Shown piece by piece: positions 12,903 through 25,837 of a stretch of 64,000 nt of DNA. The stretch spans positions 1,116,001-1,180,000 of the forward strand of contig NW_019028979.1 of assembly GCF_002105155.1 (NCBI RefSeq), read 5' to 3'. Origin of the DNA: Lobosporangium transversale. Taxonomy: Eukaryota. Numbering within the stretch: the first letter of the stretch is position 1; each line of letters starts with the position of its first letter. A program made the translations under genes and the position numbers. The notes below the pieces were generated by a model. It saw nothing but the letters and a program-made list of their open reading frames with translations. It made no database searches and had not been told where the DNA came from.

Positions 12903-14084
12903 AAATTACTTTGAAGAGAGCATTCTTGGCCATTGCACCATGAAGCATAGCTTTTGTGTGCGCTAATCTTGGTGGCAAGCAGGGTGAGATATTTCTAAAC
13001 GTCTTTTTTTTGATAAATAGCAATAAAACGCTGTCTACAAATATAGTAGTATACAGTATGTATATTGCATACTGATCTGGCTTGTCTTTAGGTAAGAAAA
13101 ATAGTGGATACGTCAATATCATTTTATAAACCTATTAATCTCGCGTATTTGAGGTCAAACGAACTTTATGTATTTGATCCTTTCCCGATAATAGTTATCG
13201 AGCTTAATAAATAAAGGTTACTTTAACCTACTGCAAAGTCGTGTTAGTCATTGTGTTTATTTTATTCGAATGTCTCTCTCAAGGTCTTACTTGAGGCATA
13301 TCGGAAACCAAACAGTCCAAACCACAAGCTCCATCTTGTGGCAACTTAAAAACTGAAGTTAGTTTTTTATTGACGGCGCGATCCTCGCTTCTCATCTTGG
13401 TAGATTTTCTAGTATAGGTTTGTCCTCATTAAGTAATTCATTGCAAGCTCTGAATGGGTAGGCAGCTAAATGATGGCTTGGCGACCTCCACTGTGCCATT
13501 GGTTATTACTTCTTACATGAAAGCGAGTTTTCGGCCGCACATTGTTAGACATTGTGGTGTTGAATACCAACTCGATATCATCACTTTTGATTTCGGTTAC
13601 TGTTAGTAGGGATGATAGATACCGGCTGGGCATTTTATCAAGACTGAGGTTGATATAGGCAAATCTGCAGTTCTATTGACAACAGGGGATTAAAACGTTA
13701 ATAAAAAGAAGAAGCATGGCGGTGATATGGATGACGGCAGGCAAATCAGTCAAATGCCATGATGGCTAATTTTGTATCGCGTCACATGCACCTGACTCTG
13801 AAGTTTGATTTCATGGCGCGTTTTTTTTTTTTTTTTTTTTTTTTGGTGCTGTGGTGTGCAATTTCAAGCTCATCTTCTCGTACACATCATCAAGATTCTA
13901 TTCTCATTATTGGACATACAAAGCAGCTCGTAAAATAAAAAGGAGAGGAACGCATTGCCAGAACAACAACGAGACGACTTTAAGTTTTAAATTATTTACC
14001 CAAAAGAAGTCGATAGACTTGAAGTCACTATCAGCTCATCACCACATCTGACAATCCAATAGCAGGGAAGGCTAATTCATCATC

Positions 14085-16089
14085 ATGGCTTCTGCAGTGT
14101 CCGCCATCTTCATCTTGGATCTCAAAGGGAAGGTCCTAATCTCACGCAACTACCGTGGAGACATTCCTATGTCTGCTGTAGAAAAGTTCTTGCCTTTGGT
14201 TCTTGAGGCAGAAGAGGAAAGTCAGGCACCAGCTCCATGCTTCACAGATGACGGGATCAACTATTTATACATTCGTCACAACAACTTGTTTTGTAAGTTC
14301 TAGTATTTTATCGCCCCCTCTCCACATTTTCACGACTGTTTCATTGTATAATAGTATACTACGTGTGAGCGCATAGAGGAAGTCTTTTGCTAGAGATAGC
14401 GACTTTTCTTAGCGCTTGGAGTGAGTTAAACCTTTCAGTTATTGAGCCAATTATTCCTTCTAACTCTTTTTTCATGATGTCAAATATTTTATCAGTACTT
14501 GCTATCACACGCAAGAATTCGAATGCAACGACAGTTATGCTCTTCTTGCACACGATTGCCGAGGTTTTGACTGAGTATTTCAAAGAGCTGGAAGAAGAAT
14601 CGATTCGGGACAATTTTGTGATCATTTATGAGTTATTGGACGAAATGATGGATTTCGGATACCCACAAACGACGGAATCAAAAATCCTCCAGGAATATAT
14701 CACACAGGATGCCTATAAGCTCGAGGTTCAGGTCCGTCCACCTATGGCGGTCACCAACGCAGTCTCGTGGAGATCAGAAGGTATCCGATATCGTAAGAAT
14801 GAGGTCTTCTTGGACGTGGTCGAGTCTGTTAATCTATTAGTCAATGCGAATGGAAACGTATTGAGGAGCGAAATTTTAGGTGCTATTAAAATGAAGGTCT
14901 TTTTATCGGGCATGCCAGAGCTGAGATTGGGATTGAACGATAAGGTCATGTTCGAGAGTACTGGACGAGGTATTTTTTAATTTATTTTCTCATTACTCTG
15001 TCATGTAGAGTTCATTGGATAGGATATAGTGCCTCTTCAAGGCTCTATGCGTTTAACACATCCGATTCGCTTTTGTTTTTTCTTTATGAAATATTGATAG
15101 CTCCCACGAAGGGCAAGTCGATTGAAATGGAAGATGTTAAATTTCACCAATGTGTGCGTCTCTCAAAGTTTGAGAATGACAGGACCATCTCATTCATTCC
15201 TCCGGATGGCGAGTTTGATTTGATGACCTACCGTTTAAATACCCAAGTCAAACCTTTAATCTGGGTTGAGGCTTTAGTTGAGAATTACACAGGAAGCCGT
15301 GTAGAATACCTCATTCGCGTACGTTTCTCCCTCTCACTTTCATTATTGTTGTTTTTTATTATCCATTTCAATCATTTGTCAGTCTTACTCTATGGATAGT
15401 GATTGATGGGCATAAGAGACTGATAAGCCCCCCATAAATTTTATAGGCCAAAGCTCAATTCAAGCGTCGGTCATCAGCCAACAATGTCGAGATTCATATT
15501 CCTGTTCCTGAAGACGCGGATACACCGAAATTCAGAGTATGAGAGTTTTTTTTTTTTTTTTTTTTTTTTGGGACGATCTGATGGAGTTTATTAACATTGT
15601 CATTATACCTAATACTATTTGGATTCATATATTAATCAGAGTGGCATTGGATCAGTACAATATGTCCCAGAAAAGGCTTGTGTCATCTGGAAGATCAAAC
15701 AGTTCCAAGGAGGCAAGGAGTTTTCAATGAGAGCGCATTTTGGATTGCCATCCGTTAAAAACTGTAAGTCTTTGAATCGTGTCAAAGTCGTTAAAATGCA
15801 TGGAGGTAGCTAGAGCCATGCAAACTGTTTTATCAAGAATTTTGGTCGCTGAAATTATCACTTCCTTCTTTTTATGCAAATAGTGGAGGATGCGGACAAG
15901 CGACCACCAATGTCTATCAAGTTTGAGATCCCTTACTTCACAACATCTGGCATTCAGGTTCGGTATCTGAAGATCCAGGAGCGATCAGGATACGCTGCTC
16001 TACCATGGGTTCGATACATCACGCAGAATGGCGATTATCAAATGAGGATGCCCGATAGTATCAAGGCTTCCAAGATGGCACCAATCTAG
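14085..16089 (+). CDS. APM1: AP-1 adaptor complex subunit mu-1, 6 exons
   Basis: Motifs MASAVSAIFILDLKGKVLISRNYRGD, EEESIRDNFVIIYELLDEMMDFGYPQ, VSWRSEGIRYRKNEVFLDV, DVKFHQCV and ALPWVRYITQNGDY. Exons ~14085-14292, 14496-14969, 15101-15318, 15447-15536, 15640-15763 and 15884-16089. Confidence 0.95.
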
Positions 16090-16212
16090 AGAAAAAAAGA
16101 AAAAGAAAAAGAAAAGGAACCAAGGCTTTGACGCTGCACTATACCAAGACAAACGTTGTTGGCCATTTTTACTCCTTTTTACTGTGTATAGAAACCATAG
16201 TAATTGGCAGGT

Positions 16213-16253
<41 letters not shown>

Positions 16254-16315
16254 TACAAACTTTAGAATACATCACTCAACATGTTATGAAAGAACTCTAT
16301 TTTTATAATTTATAT

Positions 16316-18148
16316 TTATGTTTGGAGCCGCCAGGTGTTCATTGAACCCTGTTGTCTTCTCTCTTCTTGTTCAAGCTTGTCCTGATATTTCATATGCAGT
16401 TCAGCTAAGGGTGGTATTAAATTCGCCTCATAGTCAATAGTCCGATCAAGGTTTTTCAAAAGAATCCGCAATGCATTCAGGGTTTGTTTTGTCGTAGCAG
16501 AAGCTAAGGAGCTTCGGACCAAAGGGGGAATAGCGGAAGGGAGTCCTCTTGCGGAATCAGCATTGCTTAGTAATGCAGACGGAGATGCGGATGCAGACCC
16601 ATCCCTAGCAATAATGCCTGGAGTTTCTGCTGCCGCCGGCGTCCCTACTGTTCCTGCTGTTCTTACAAGTGGTAGCAAAGAAGTCGAAGATGTAGTGGAA
16701 GAGATCTGTGTGGTGGAAGACTGTGTTTGTGCGTCCACAGGCCTTGTTCTTGTCTGGATTAATCCAGGAGCTGCGGGATGGTGTTGATGTTGGTTTGAAG
16801 TGAATTTTATGTCAGGCTGGGGTTGGGTTTCAGTCTGAGACTGGCGTTGTTTAGCTCGACTTCTGCGTTTCTTGGCAGGGGCCGAGGTTGATGCTGATAT
16901 CGTTGATGTAAGTGGGTTCTCTGAGATCGCAGTGGCAGTGGGCGCAGCATTGCTCTTGACAGCATGAACGACCTGCTGACTAAGGTCTGCTTGTAAGGCT
17001 GATATCTGGAGATCTTCCATGGATGGAGCAGTAGTAATGGCCATACTCACCGCCATAGAGTCATCTGCCATCACAACGTCGCTATCATCATAGTCATGAC
17101 TATAGCCGCTTCCACTACTTCTACTGTGAGTTGTCTCAGCGTTGCTATTATTATCTAGATCTGGACGCAATTCCATTTGTTGATCCGTGTCTTCATCGAG
17201 CTCTTTATTTGCTCGGAATCGAGCCTCTGCTATACCGCGCTCTATGAGTTCTTGATCGGTTGAAAACCCAATAATGGTGCCATTTGCCAAGTCTTCTAAA
17301 GTCGATGCCGCTGTAGCAGAGATGCCTTTAGGTTTCAACGCATCGCCCATAAACATATGTCTTTTTGTAAAGCCCGATACCCAGCCATTGGAAAAGCTCG
17401 GCATTTCAATCTCTCGAAAAGCTGGTAAGGTTTTGATTAAAGCTGCCAACTCTTTTCCCTTTTGAATGATCATCTTGTAAGAGATATGGAAATTTCGATC
17501 TTGGTTTTCCTTAACCCAGCTAACAAGGGCTAAATCCAATTCTTCACAGAGGACGGCTCGTTTTCGTTGGCTTTGAAGTTCAGACTCGGTCATATTTCTG
17601 TATCGGGATTGTTTGTTAATGATTCTAGAAAGCGTTCCCATGGCCGGTTTGCGAGCCAAGGAGAAATGTTGTTGAGCCCAAGTAGCCAAGCTGTCCAGGG
17701 TCATCTCTGGGTTGGCAGCACGCATCTCACAGATTTGTTTCCGATGGCTATTCGTGAGGTTGACATTACGGCCTATAACGGTCAATTTCCCTGTAAAATC
17801 ATTAGCCACCATATTATCTGTATCACATGTCGTTGCCGTCATCGGTATTGCTGTCGTTATTGTTGCAAGCGGTCTTGAGGAGGAGGAGGAAGGAGAGGAC
17901 GAAGGAGAAGAAAAAGAAGATGAAGCTGTTATTGAGGAAGGCAGTGTTGATAAAGCAGCTGTTGCATTTTGCTGCGATTTATGGGTTTGTTGTTGCTGCT
18001 GTTGTTTCTGGCGGCGCTGCCGCTGCTGTTGTTGTTGAGAAGGTATTATTTCGTGTAAATGTTGATTCTGTATGGCTAGCGACGATGATGAACTGATGGG
18101 GATCGGCGGCTGAGAATTGGCGGGACGTAATGGCCTTCTTGCAGGCAT
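16316..18148 (-). CDS. CENP-B/Tc5-type helix-turn-helix DNA-binding protein without DDE domain
   Basis: LTNSHRKQICEM...LATWAQQHF....P..GTLSRII is CENP-B N-like. ELDLALVSWV...ISYKMIIQKG...FSNGWVSGFTKRH is Tc5 HTH-like. The rest is low complexity; the gene is intronless. Confidence 0.8.
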   Translation of the reverse strand: MPARRPLRPANSQPPIPISSSSSLAIQNQHLHEIIPSQQQQQRQRRQKQQQQQQTHKSQQNATAALSTLPSSITASSSFSSPSSSPSSSSSRPLATITTAIPMTATTCDTDNMVANDFTGKLTVIGRNVNLTNSHRKQICEMRAANPEMTLDSLATWAQQHFSLARKPAMGTLSRIINKQSRYRNMTESELQSQRKRAVLCEELDLALVSWVKENQDRNFHISYKMIIQKGKELAALIKTLPAFREIEMPSFSNGWVSGFTKRHMFMGDALKPKGISATAASTLEDLANGTIIGFSTDQELIERGIAEARFRANKELDEDTDQQMELRPDLDNNSNAETTHSRSSGSGYSHDYDDSDVVMADDSMAVSMAITTAPSMEDLQISALQADLSQQVVHAVKSNAAPTATAISENPLTSTISASTSAPAKKRRSRAKQRQSQTETQPQPDIKFTSNQHQHHPAAPGLIQTRTRPVDAQTQSSTTQISSTTSSTSLLPLVRTAGTVGTPAAAETPGIIARDGSASASPSALLSNADSARGLPSAIPPLVRSSLASATTKQTLNALRILLKNLDRTIDYEANLIPPLAELHMKYQDKLEQEERRQQGSMNTWRLQT

Positions 18149-18553
18149 CTTGATAATTATTTTTTTTATAGCCTGTTCAGAATATACAGTTGAGACGCGA
18201 CGCGTTCCTACGGATCTGGCTATGGAATGGTTTAGAAATAGAGGTTGGGAAGAGAAAGTTGGTTGTTAAAGGATAGTCATGATATTCATGTGCTCAAAAA
18301 ACGTCATACCTGCACTGTTTTCAAATTGCATGGGTTGGGCGGCCCTTTTTCGTCCCTTTACGCCCCTTAAATTCGCGCCAGTGCGAAACGTGTCTCAACG
18401 TGTCAACATCGCCCAAACTGTCATTGACCTATTTGTGTCGTCGCTGTAACAAAGTATATCACAGTAAATATTTGTTCTTTTTCATAACCTTGCAAGGCTA
18501 AACACAAACATCAAATAAGACAAGTGCAAGCAAAATTTTCCTTGTTAGTTATA

Positions 18554-19304
18554 ATGTCGGAACAGCATCAGTCGGGCGATGAATTAGACGATTACAAGGA
18601 GCAGGATCGTTTCTTACCTATTGCTAATGTAGCTCGTATCATGAAGAAGGCTCTTCCAGACAATGCTAAAATCGCGAAAGAGGCTAAGGAAACTGTACAG
18701 GAATGCGTTTCAGAATTCATTTCTTTCATCACCAGTGAAGGTAAAAAAGAAAAATGCACAAGCTTTCTTTTATGGTCTCATAACGATTGTTCAAAGGCTG
18801 TTCTGTGGGGAACTGCTTATTTGGGAAGTCGGTCCTACATAAAGCCTAATGATTCTAATGGAACTTGATCATATCTTCTCTCTCTTTTTTTTTTTTTTTT
18901 TTTTAATGTAGCAAGTGATAGATGCCAGCTTGAGAAACGTAAAACAATTAATGGTGAGGATATTTTGTGGGCAATGCAGTCGCTTGGATTCGAGAACTAT
19001 GCAGAGGTGCTGAAAATTTACTTAGCAAAATATCGTGAGGCAAGTTAATATAAGAAGACACAGATGCGAACAAATGTGCATCAAAAAGAAAAAGAAGAAA
19101 AAAGAAAAAAAAAGCTAAATCCAATGGTGAATTACATTTATAATACAGATAACTAAGATTGAACGACAGGCTGCAACAGGCAAAGACAAGGAAGGCGAAG
19201 AAGATGGGAAACCAGACGAGCAACATGGGCTTATTCAGCAGCAGCATGACTTTAGTGCAGGATATTATCAAGATGGAAACGACTATCAGAATCTTCAACA
19301 GTGA
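18554..19304 (+). CDS. HAP3: CCAAT-binding factor subunit Hap3/NF-YB
   Basis: [63 protein letters not shown]. Exons 18554-18740, 18912-19039 and 19149-19304; the last intron is predicted to be GC-AG. Confidence 0.92.
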
Positions 19305-19774
19305 AGAGAGCCATCCATATTATCCTCAATCAAGAAGCTATCTTCCCCTAGACAACCAATCTGCGCTTTGGACCTCTCTGTCTCTTTCTCTCCTCTTCTT
19401 TGTTACTTTCTTTTCCTTGCCTACATCAATTGTATCATATTCCAACGCGAAACATTAAAGAGAAGGTCTCGATCAGTTTTAACAACAATTAAATTTTAAT
19501 TTGGAAATGCATGCTCTTAATGCTTTAGACACAAGGTCCAATAAGATCAGCCGCGGAGCCATCCATTTTTTGAATTTTGTGCGCGGTAGTTTCCCTTGGA
19601 CTACATTTAGGGCGAAACCTTTTTCATGTGTAGTCACAGTGCCACTATTTTAACCGTTCTCATCTTCATTCACCCTTCCACATTGTCACCACTAACAAGC
19701 ACGCGCCTGACATTCATCTTTACCATTAATCTACCACAGCCTATCATATTCTCTCCGTCCTCACCCTCTTCTTT

Positions 19775-19812
<38 letters not shown>

Positions 19813-19876
19813 GAAGGTTTCTGGCTTCTCATTCTCATCCATTCATACTCATTTTCTATTTTGTTTTTTGTTCACA

Positions 19877-20660
19877 ATGGGTCTCTTGACTATTCTTAAG
19901 AAGAATCGCCAGAAGGAAAAGGAAATTCGTTTGTTAATGCTCGGACTTGATAATGCTGGGAAAACGACCATCCTTAAGCGAATCAATGGTGAGGATATCG
20001 ACACCATCTCTCCTACATTGGGTTTCAATATCAAGACATTGGAGCACAAAGGGTATGAAAATACGATAAAAAATAATAGACAATGTATGAGTAAGAAGAA
20101 GGATGTTTGCCAGTAGGCGCAAAGCATTGGTTATTCAGTTCTCGCACACGATTATTCAATTTGCTGTTTATTTAAATACTTCAGGTTCAAGATGAACATT
20201 TGGGATGTTGGTGGTCAAAAATCAATCCGTTCTTATTGGCGCAACTACTTTGAACAGACAGACGGTCTAGTGTGGGTGGTCGATTCTGCCGATCGGCTGC
20301 GACTTGAGGACTGCAAAAAGGAGCTCCACGAACTGCTTAAAGAGGAGGTAAAAAATATGTGTACACATTTGTCATTCCTTGTCGAAAATTTTTATTCTAA
20401 ACAATTGAGTTAACTGATCATGATTTGGTTTGATTTTTGTGCAGCGCTTGTCTGGTGCATCCCTGTTGGTGTTTGCAAATAAACAAGATCTCCCTGGTGC
20501 TCTTAATGACGATCAAATCCGCGAGGCATTGGAACTTGATAGTATTCAAACTCACCATTGGGCAATCCTCGCGTGTAGTGCCAAGACAGGTGCCCACCTT
20601 CTCAAAGGCATGGATTGGATCGTAGGCGACATAGGATCAAGGATCTACTTACTTGATTAG
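19877..20660 (+). CDS. ARL2: ADP-ribosylation factor-like protein 2 (Arl2/Alp41/Cin4)
   Basis: Motifs [47 protein letters not shown] and ANKQD. Three exons: ~19877-20052, 20185-20347 and 20445-20660. Confidence 0.95.
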
Positions 20661-20990
20661 TTTTTTGCTGCGTGGAAAAATTAGTAGTAATAAAAGGACC
20701 TTTAATGTAAAAACATTCATTGTTTGAGGATAACTTTCTGAAAAATAGGTTACAGTGTTCTGATTGGACAGGAATGTGGGGAAACAAGAGTCACACCCAT
20801 TTTTTTTTTTTATCATTGTGCGTGCGTGAAAAAAGAGTCAAGTTGGATCCGATATTTTATTATCATTCCGATAAGTTTCATTGGGGATTTTTTTTCTTTC
20901 TTATTTTTCTTTCATTTGTCGTCCAAAACCCCTCTCCCCTCTCCCCCTCCCTCCCCTGATTATAATCCAACACATTCATTCCTAACAGCC

Positions 20991-22883
20991 ATGTCCGCAA
21001 TCAAGGAGAAGCAGGCACCAAAGCGTAAGGATATCCCATTTTCACACCAAATTCAGCTATGTGAAGCGTATCGCTGCTGTAAAAGATGCTGTCTATGGAT
21101 GCTCAGACAACGTATATAGGAAAAGAGTGTTGTCAGTGGACTTTTGGTTCAGCAGGCTTCCAGTTAGCTCAGGATCACAATTGACTTCACGGATCTCTTT
21201 TTTAACTTTATTTCGCATCACCTTGTGTGTACAATCCATAGCCTTGCCCTTCCAGTGGCAATTCTTGGCTGGCGCTGTTGCGGGTGTTTCTGAAATATTG
21301 ACCATGTATCCCCTTGACGGTGAGTTGTTTTTTGTATCGCCAGTAACATTGGTCATCTAATTTGTCATATTGATTGACTCATTAAAAAATATATATGTCT
21401 GTTTATGAATTTAACTGCATTGTAGTCGTCAAAACTCGCTTTCAACTTCAGGTTGGAACTGGAGGGGCTGACGGTTACAGCTCGATTGGCGACTGTTTCA
21501 AGAAGATTATCAAGAACGAGGGGTAAAAGCTAATGTTATTTTCTATGACAATGTGTGAATTTTTTTGGGGCGTAGGACCAGCAACTTTACTTTATTTGCT
21601 GGGATAATGCATGCGAAAGAGAAGGCTGCAAAAGACAGGTTGATTGGAACGAGCAAATCTCGATTTTGTGCACTTTGGCATGGTTATTAATTCTGCTTAT
21701 GTTTGTGAGCACTTGTGATTGACAAATGTTTTCATATGGATTACGCGCTTGCATTTCTATTATTTGTTAGCTTTGGTACGTTGTATCGCGGTATTATCCC
21801 TCCTATCATGGTCGAGGCTCCTAAGCGCGCTACTAAATTTGCAGCCAACGAGCAGTACACGATTCTGTACAGGAACATTCTTGGCCAGGATGTCAACAAG
21901 CAAGCTTTGTCTATCTTAACTGGTGTCAGTGCCGGTATTACTGAGGTAAGGAAGTGAGATACATATCGAAAAATATGTTATAGACCTAATCATTGACATA
22001 ATTCTCCATTTCTTCTAATGATTCTCGGCATCATTAATAGTCCTTCCTCGTCGTTCCCTTTGAGCTGGTCAAGATCCGTCTCCAAGATAAGGCTAATGTA
22101 AGATGGTCTTCACATTGTTGTATTGAACTCAAATTTTTGTATCTTGCAAATTTGCAAGAAACAGTGGGATCGTTTTTTCCCTCCTGTACCGTCATATACT
22201 AATGGTATCCTATTTGGGTTCAACAGGCTGGAAAGTACACTGGATCGGTGGACGCCCTTACCAAGATTGTGAGGCAGGAAGGACCATTAGCACTCTACAA
22301 TGGTTTGGAAGCTACAGTCTGGCGTCATGCTATGTGGAATGGTGGATACTTCGGATGCATCCAAGGAGTCAGGAACGCTATTCCCGAAGCTGATGTAATA
22401 GTTTGTAAATGGCGGTATTCAAAAGAGTGACATGAGCTATGAGTTTGAGGAATCCTTAGCCTAACGATTTTTTTTTTTTTTTTTTTTTTGTAGACTTCCA
22501 ATGGCAACTTGGCCCGGAATTTCATTGCTGGAGCCATTGGAGGAACTTTTGCCACTATGTTAAATACACCATTTGATGTTGTCAAGACCCGTATCCAGAA
22601 CCAGGCTAAGGGTACAGTTCACAAGTACAACTGGACTTTGCCAGGGGTTGCCATTGTTTATCGCGAAGAAGGGTAAGCACCATATACCTCGCAAAAGAGT
22701 GAAGAGTACTTCAAGAATACAGACTTTAACTTTTCATTTCACTTTAACCACAGATTCCGTGCTCTGTACAAGGGATTCGTACCAAAAGTTCTTCGTTTGG
22801 GACCTGGTGGTGGTATTTTGTTGGTTGTTTTTGATACCGTTTCAAATCTCATCCGCAAGCATGTTCTTCTAGAGAATGTCTGA
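20991..22883 (+). CDS. ODC1: Mitochondrial 2-oxodicarboxylate carrier (Odc1/Odc2, SLC25A21-like), multi-exon
   Basis: Motifs LPFQWQFLAGAVAGVSEILTMYPLDVVKTRFQL, YRGIIPPIMVEAPKRATKFAANEQY, RHAMWNGGYFG, NTPFDVVKTRIQ and KVLRLGPGGGILLVVF. Stop at 22881-22883. Confidence 0.92.
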
Positions 22884-23054
22884 GGTATATGAGTATATTT
22901 CAGGCTATAATATTACAAGCAAGCGAGAGTGGGAGTCCTTCATTTCAATCATAGACTGCATCTATTTCTTTGAATAATATCTGATGTATAAATTTTTTCT
23001 TCATTGTGTGGCGCAATGGTCTTTTATTGTCAAGTGCAAGTGACTTCGCTTTGG

Positions 23055-23085
<31 letters not shown>

Positions 23086-23123
23086 AAACCCCCTCTTCTT
23101 TTGTCTTTACCTTTCTTTCATCC

Positions 23124-23156
<33 letters not shown>

Positions 23157-23312
23157 CTCTCTCTTTTGTGAATGATTTCATTTGTTGGTCAATTAGTCAA
23201 TTAGTCAATTTTTCTGTTGATTGCCATCCACTGTCTTTTATTTGTAATTTTATTGCGATTATTATCACGTTCAAAGTTTGCTACACTCTCTTTATATATA
23301 TTTTTGTGAAGT

Positions 23313-25274
23313 ATGTCTGCCAACGGCGCTCGAAGGACTGGAAGAGTCAAGTTCTTTAACAGCCAGAAGGGTTTTGGTTTCATTATCCCCTCTGAAAGCT
23401 CGGAAGCAAGTCCTTTGGATGAGGGTAAGCAAAAGCGAATCCTCCACAGAAAAATGAGGTTACATCACAAGCACATCTTCAACGCTATCAAATCAAAAGA
23501 TTTTCACCACAGAAATATCCTCGATGATCTTCACAAACTGATTTCGGCGTTGGGAGTCTAAAAGTCTTTATGGCTTGTTATAAAGCTTTCTCGATCCATT
23601 ATCTCTTCGTTTATAATACTTAAAAAAGGCTTTCAATTGTTCAATCTGGCAAAATTCATGGATTGCGTGCTTTACCCTCTTTTTTGTCTTCCTTCTTAAC
23701 GCATATCAAAAGCAGACAGCGGAGCTAAAAACACCTGTGTTTTTTTTTTCAGAACGAGTGCACGTCACCTGCACAATGAAGAGTCTAAATTAATGGTCTC
23801 AGAAATAAAGAGGTGAAAGACATTTTGATCTTTTATTCGGGTGAAAGATAAAGGAAGCTAGTATTTTAGGGATCGAGAGCGATATGTGCCTTGCATGTCT
23901 GACCTCGTTGTCGTGTACTGCCAGCCAAAGTGATGTTAGGTGAGGTCGTTAGCATCAGCAGTTAGCACATTCTTACAACCGCAGGACCGGATGGAATGTC
24001 TACAGTTGATCGCATATACGCACGACTCGTAAGCTAGGTGTACATCCACAACGCGGCCCTGACACTGACACGAATAAGTCGATAGTACCTGAGGTATTCA
24101 TCAGACAGATATCATTCATTGATGGAGAAGGGTTTGAAAGCAAATATCGTCTCAGTCAACCTTTATCATTCTCTATTATTTATCCTTTCGCAAACTACCT
24201 ACTTCCTTTATTTTTATTATTTTATTATTTTACTATTTTATTATTTATTATTTTATTATTTTATTATTATCTTTTTTATTACTTTTATTACTTTTTATTA
24301 TTAATTATTTTTAATTTTCAAAGATGAGGGCTTAACAACTTGAACGATATCCTGGTTGTGACATATTTAGTCTTCGTACATCATACCGCCATCCAGAATG
24401 ATGGAGGCTTCAAGAGTCTTGCAGAGGTGCGTTTCAAAATAGACTATTTCTAAGTTTATGAGGCAAAATGTTCTTACGAGGCATGACTAAAATTTCTTAC
24501 TTCATCGATTACTGAAATAATAGGGTGAAGAGGTACAGTAACATGCTTTAACAGGAAGGATAAAACAATACTTTATACTATAAGGATCTAATCCCATTAA
24601 TCTACTGCACTTTATCTAGGTTGAATACGACATTGTACCTGGCCCTAAGGGTATGCAGGCTGCCAACGTGACAGGTCCAAATGGGACATCCGTTCGTGGC
24701 GATCCGAATCTTGGTCGCGGTGGTTTCGGGTAAGATAGCAAGCATGTCTGTAGAGTATTGTTGCTGGAGAAGATTGATGTGGCATATCATGACATGGCTA
24801 ATCAAACTCTATGTCTATGATGTTTTATTTAGGCATAATAATAACCGATATGGTGGATATGGCGGCTCCAATGGTATGATTCAACTGCATTCTGATTTTT
24901 TAAAAAAAGTAAAAAAATTTTGACTAATCTTTTTTATTCATTATCATTTTTTTAAAGCCTATGGTGGAGGATATGGACAAGGCCCCAGTGGCCAACAAGG
25001 ATATGGCCAAGGGTATCAGCAGCCTGGATTCGGCACCCAAGGATTTCAACACGGCAACAATCAATTCCAATATGGGTACTCCCAGAGTGGGTACGGCGGA
25101 GGCGCTAGTGGTGTAGGAGCCAATGTAGGAGGTCTTTCAGATGGTCAGATGGGACAGCCAGGCCATCTTAATCAGCAGTCCCAGCAGCCGAGCCCACAGG
25201 CGCAAGGATTCAGAGGTAATGCTGGAGGGCTTCCGGGCGGATGGAACGCATCTGGGGTTCCTCCACAGTACTGA
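23313..25274 (+). CDS. Cold-shock domain protein with Gly/Gln/Tyr-rich tail
   Basis: Motifs RRTGRVKFFNSQKGFGFIIP, VFVHHTAIQNDGGFKSLAEGEEVEYDIV and GPKGMQAANVTGPNG. First intron is ~945 bp (23425-24370), followed by several small exons. Confidence 0.88.
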
Positions 25275-25463
25275 AGTTTATAATCAACCTTTTTCATAGC
25301 TTTGTGAATATGTAGTGAGAGTAGACTCATTTGTCTTTTTCCACTCTCAATGCATTAACATTCAGATTAAACTATTGCGATGAGTCATGTTGACTAAATT
25401 GATGTTAAACAGAGTTTCCACCTGTCAGGAAGGAACTCTTTATTTTAACAACCATTGTGCCTG

Positions 25464-25691
25464 CTATTGTCCAGATGATTGAGTTGAGGAGGTCTTTTTT
25501 GAGTATTTTTTTGTAGGACAGCTTGGAGAGGAACCTCCAGCATCAATGAGAGCTTGACAGCAGCGTCCCAGCTTTTCGATCACGTCTTTACAGCGACTCT
25601 CTTGGTAGTTGTTCTTTGTAAGGCAGGACTGGATCGCGCAAGCCTCTTTGTGGCAGGGTTGAGAAGTAGAGGGGGTGGAATCGATTGCCAT
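25464..25691 (-). CDS. CMC4: Twin Cx9C mitochondrial IMS protein Cmc4/MTCP1-like
   Basis: PCHKEACAIQSCLTKNNYQESRCKDVIEKLGRCC pattern in a 75-aa ORF. Confidence 0.85.
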   Translation of the reverse strand: MAIDSTPSTSQPCHKEACAIQSCLTKNNYQESRCKDVIEKLGRCCQALIDAGGSSPSCPTKKYSKKTSSTQSSGQ

Positions 25692-25837
25692 TTAAGTAAA
25701 CGAAGCGGAAATGAATTGGAATGAGACTATGAAGATCAAAGAAAGAATGAGATACTTGTCCTCGTGTGGCTGCTGCAAGAACCGATTTATTTAGATTTGG
25801 AATGTTACATTCAACACTATTTATTTATTTTTTTCTA

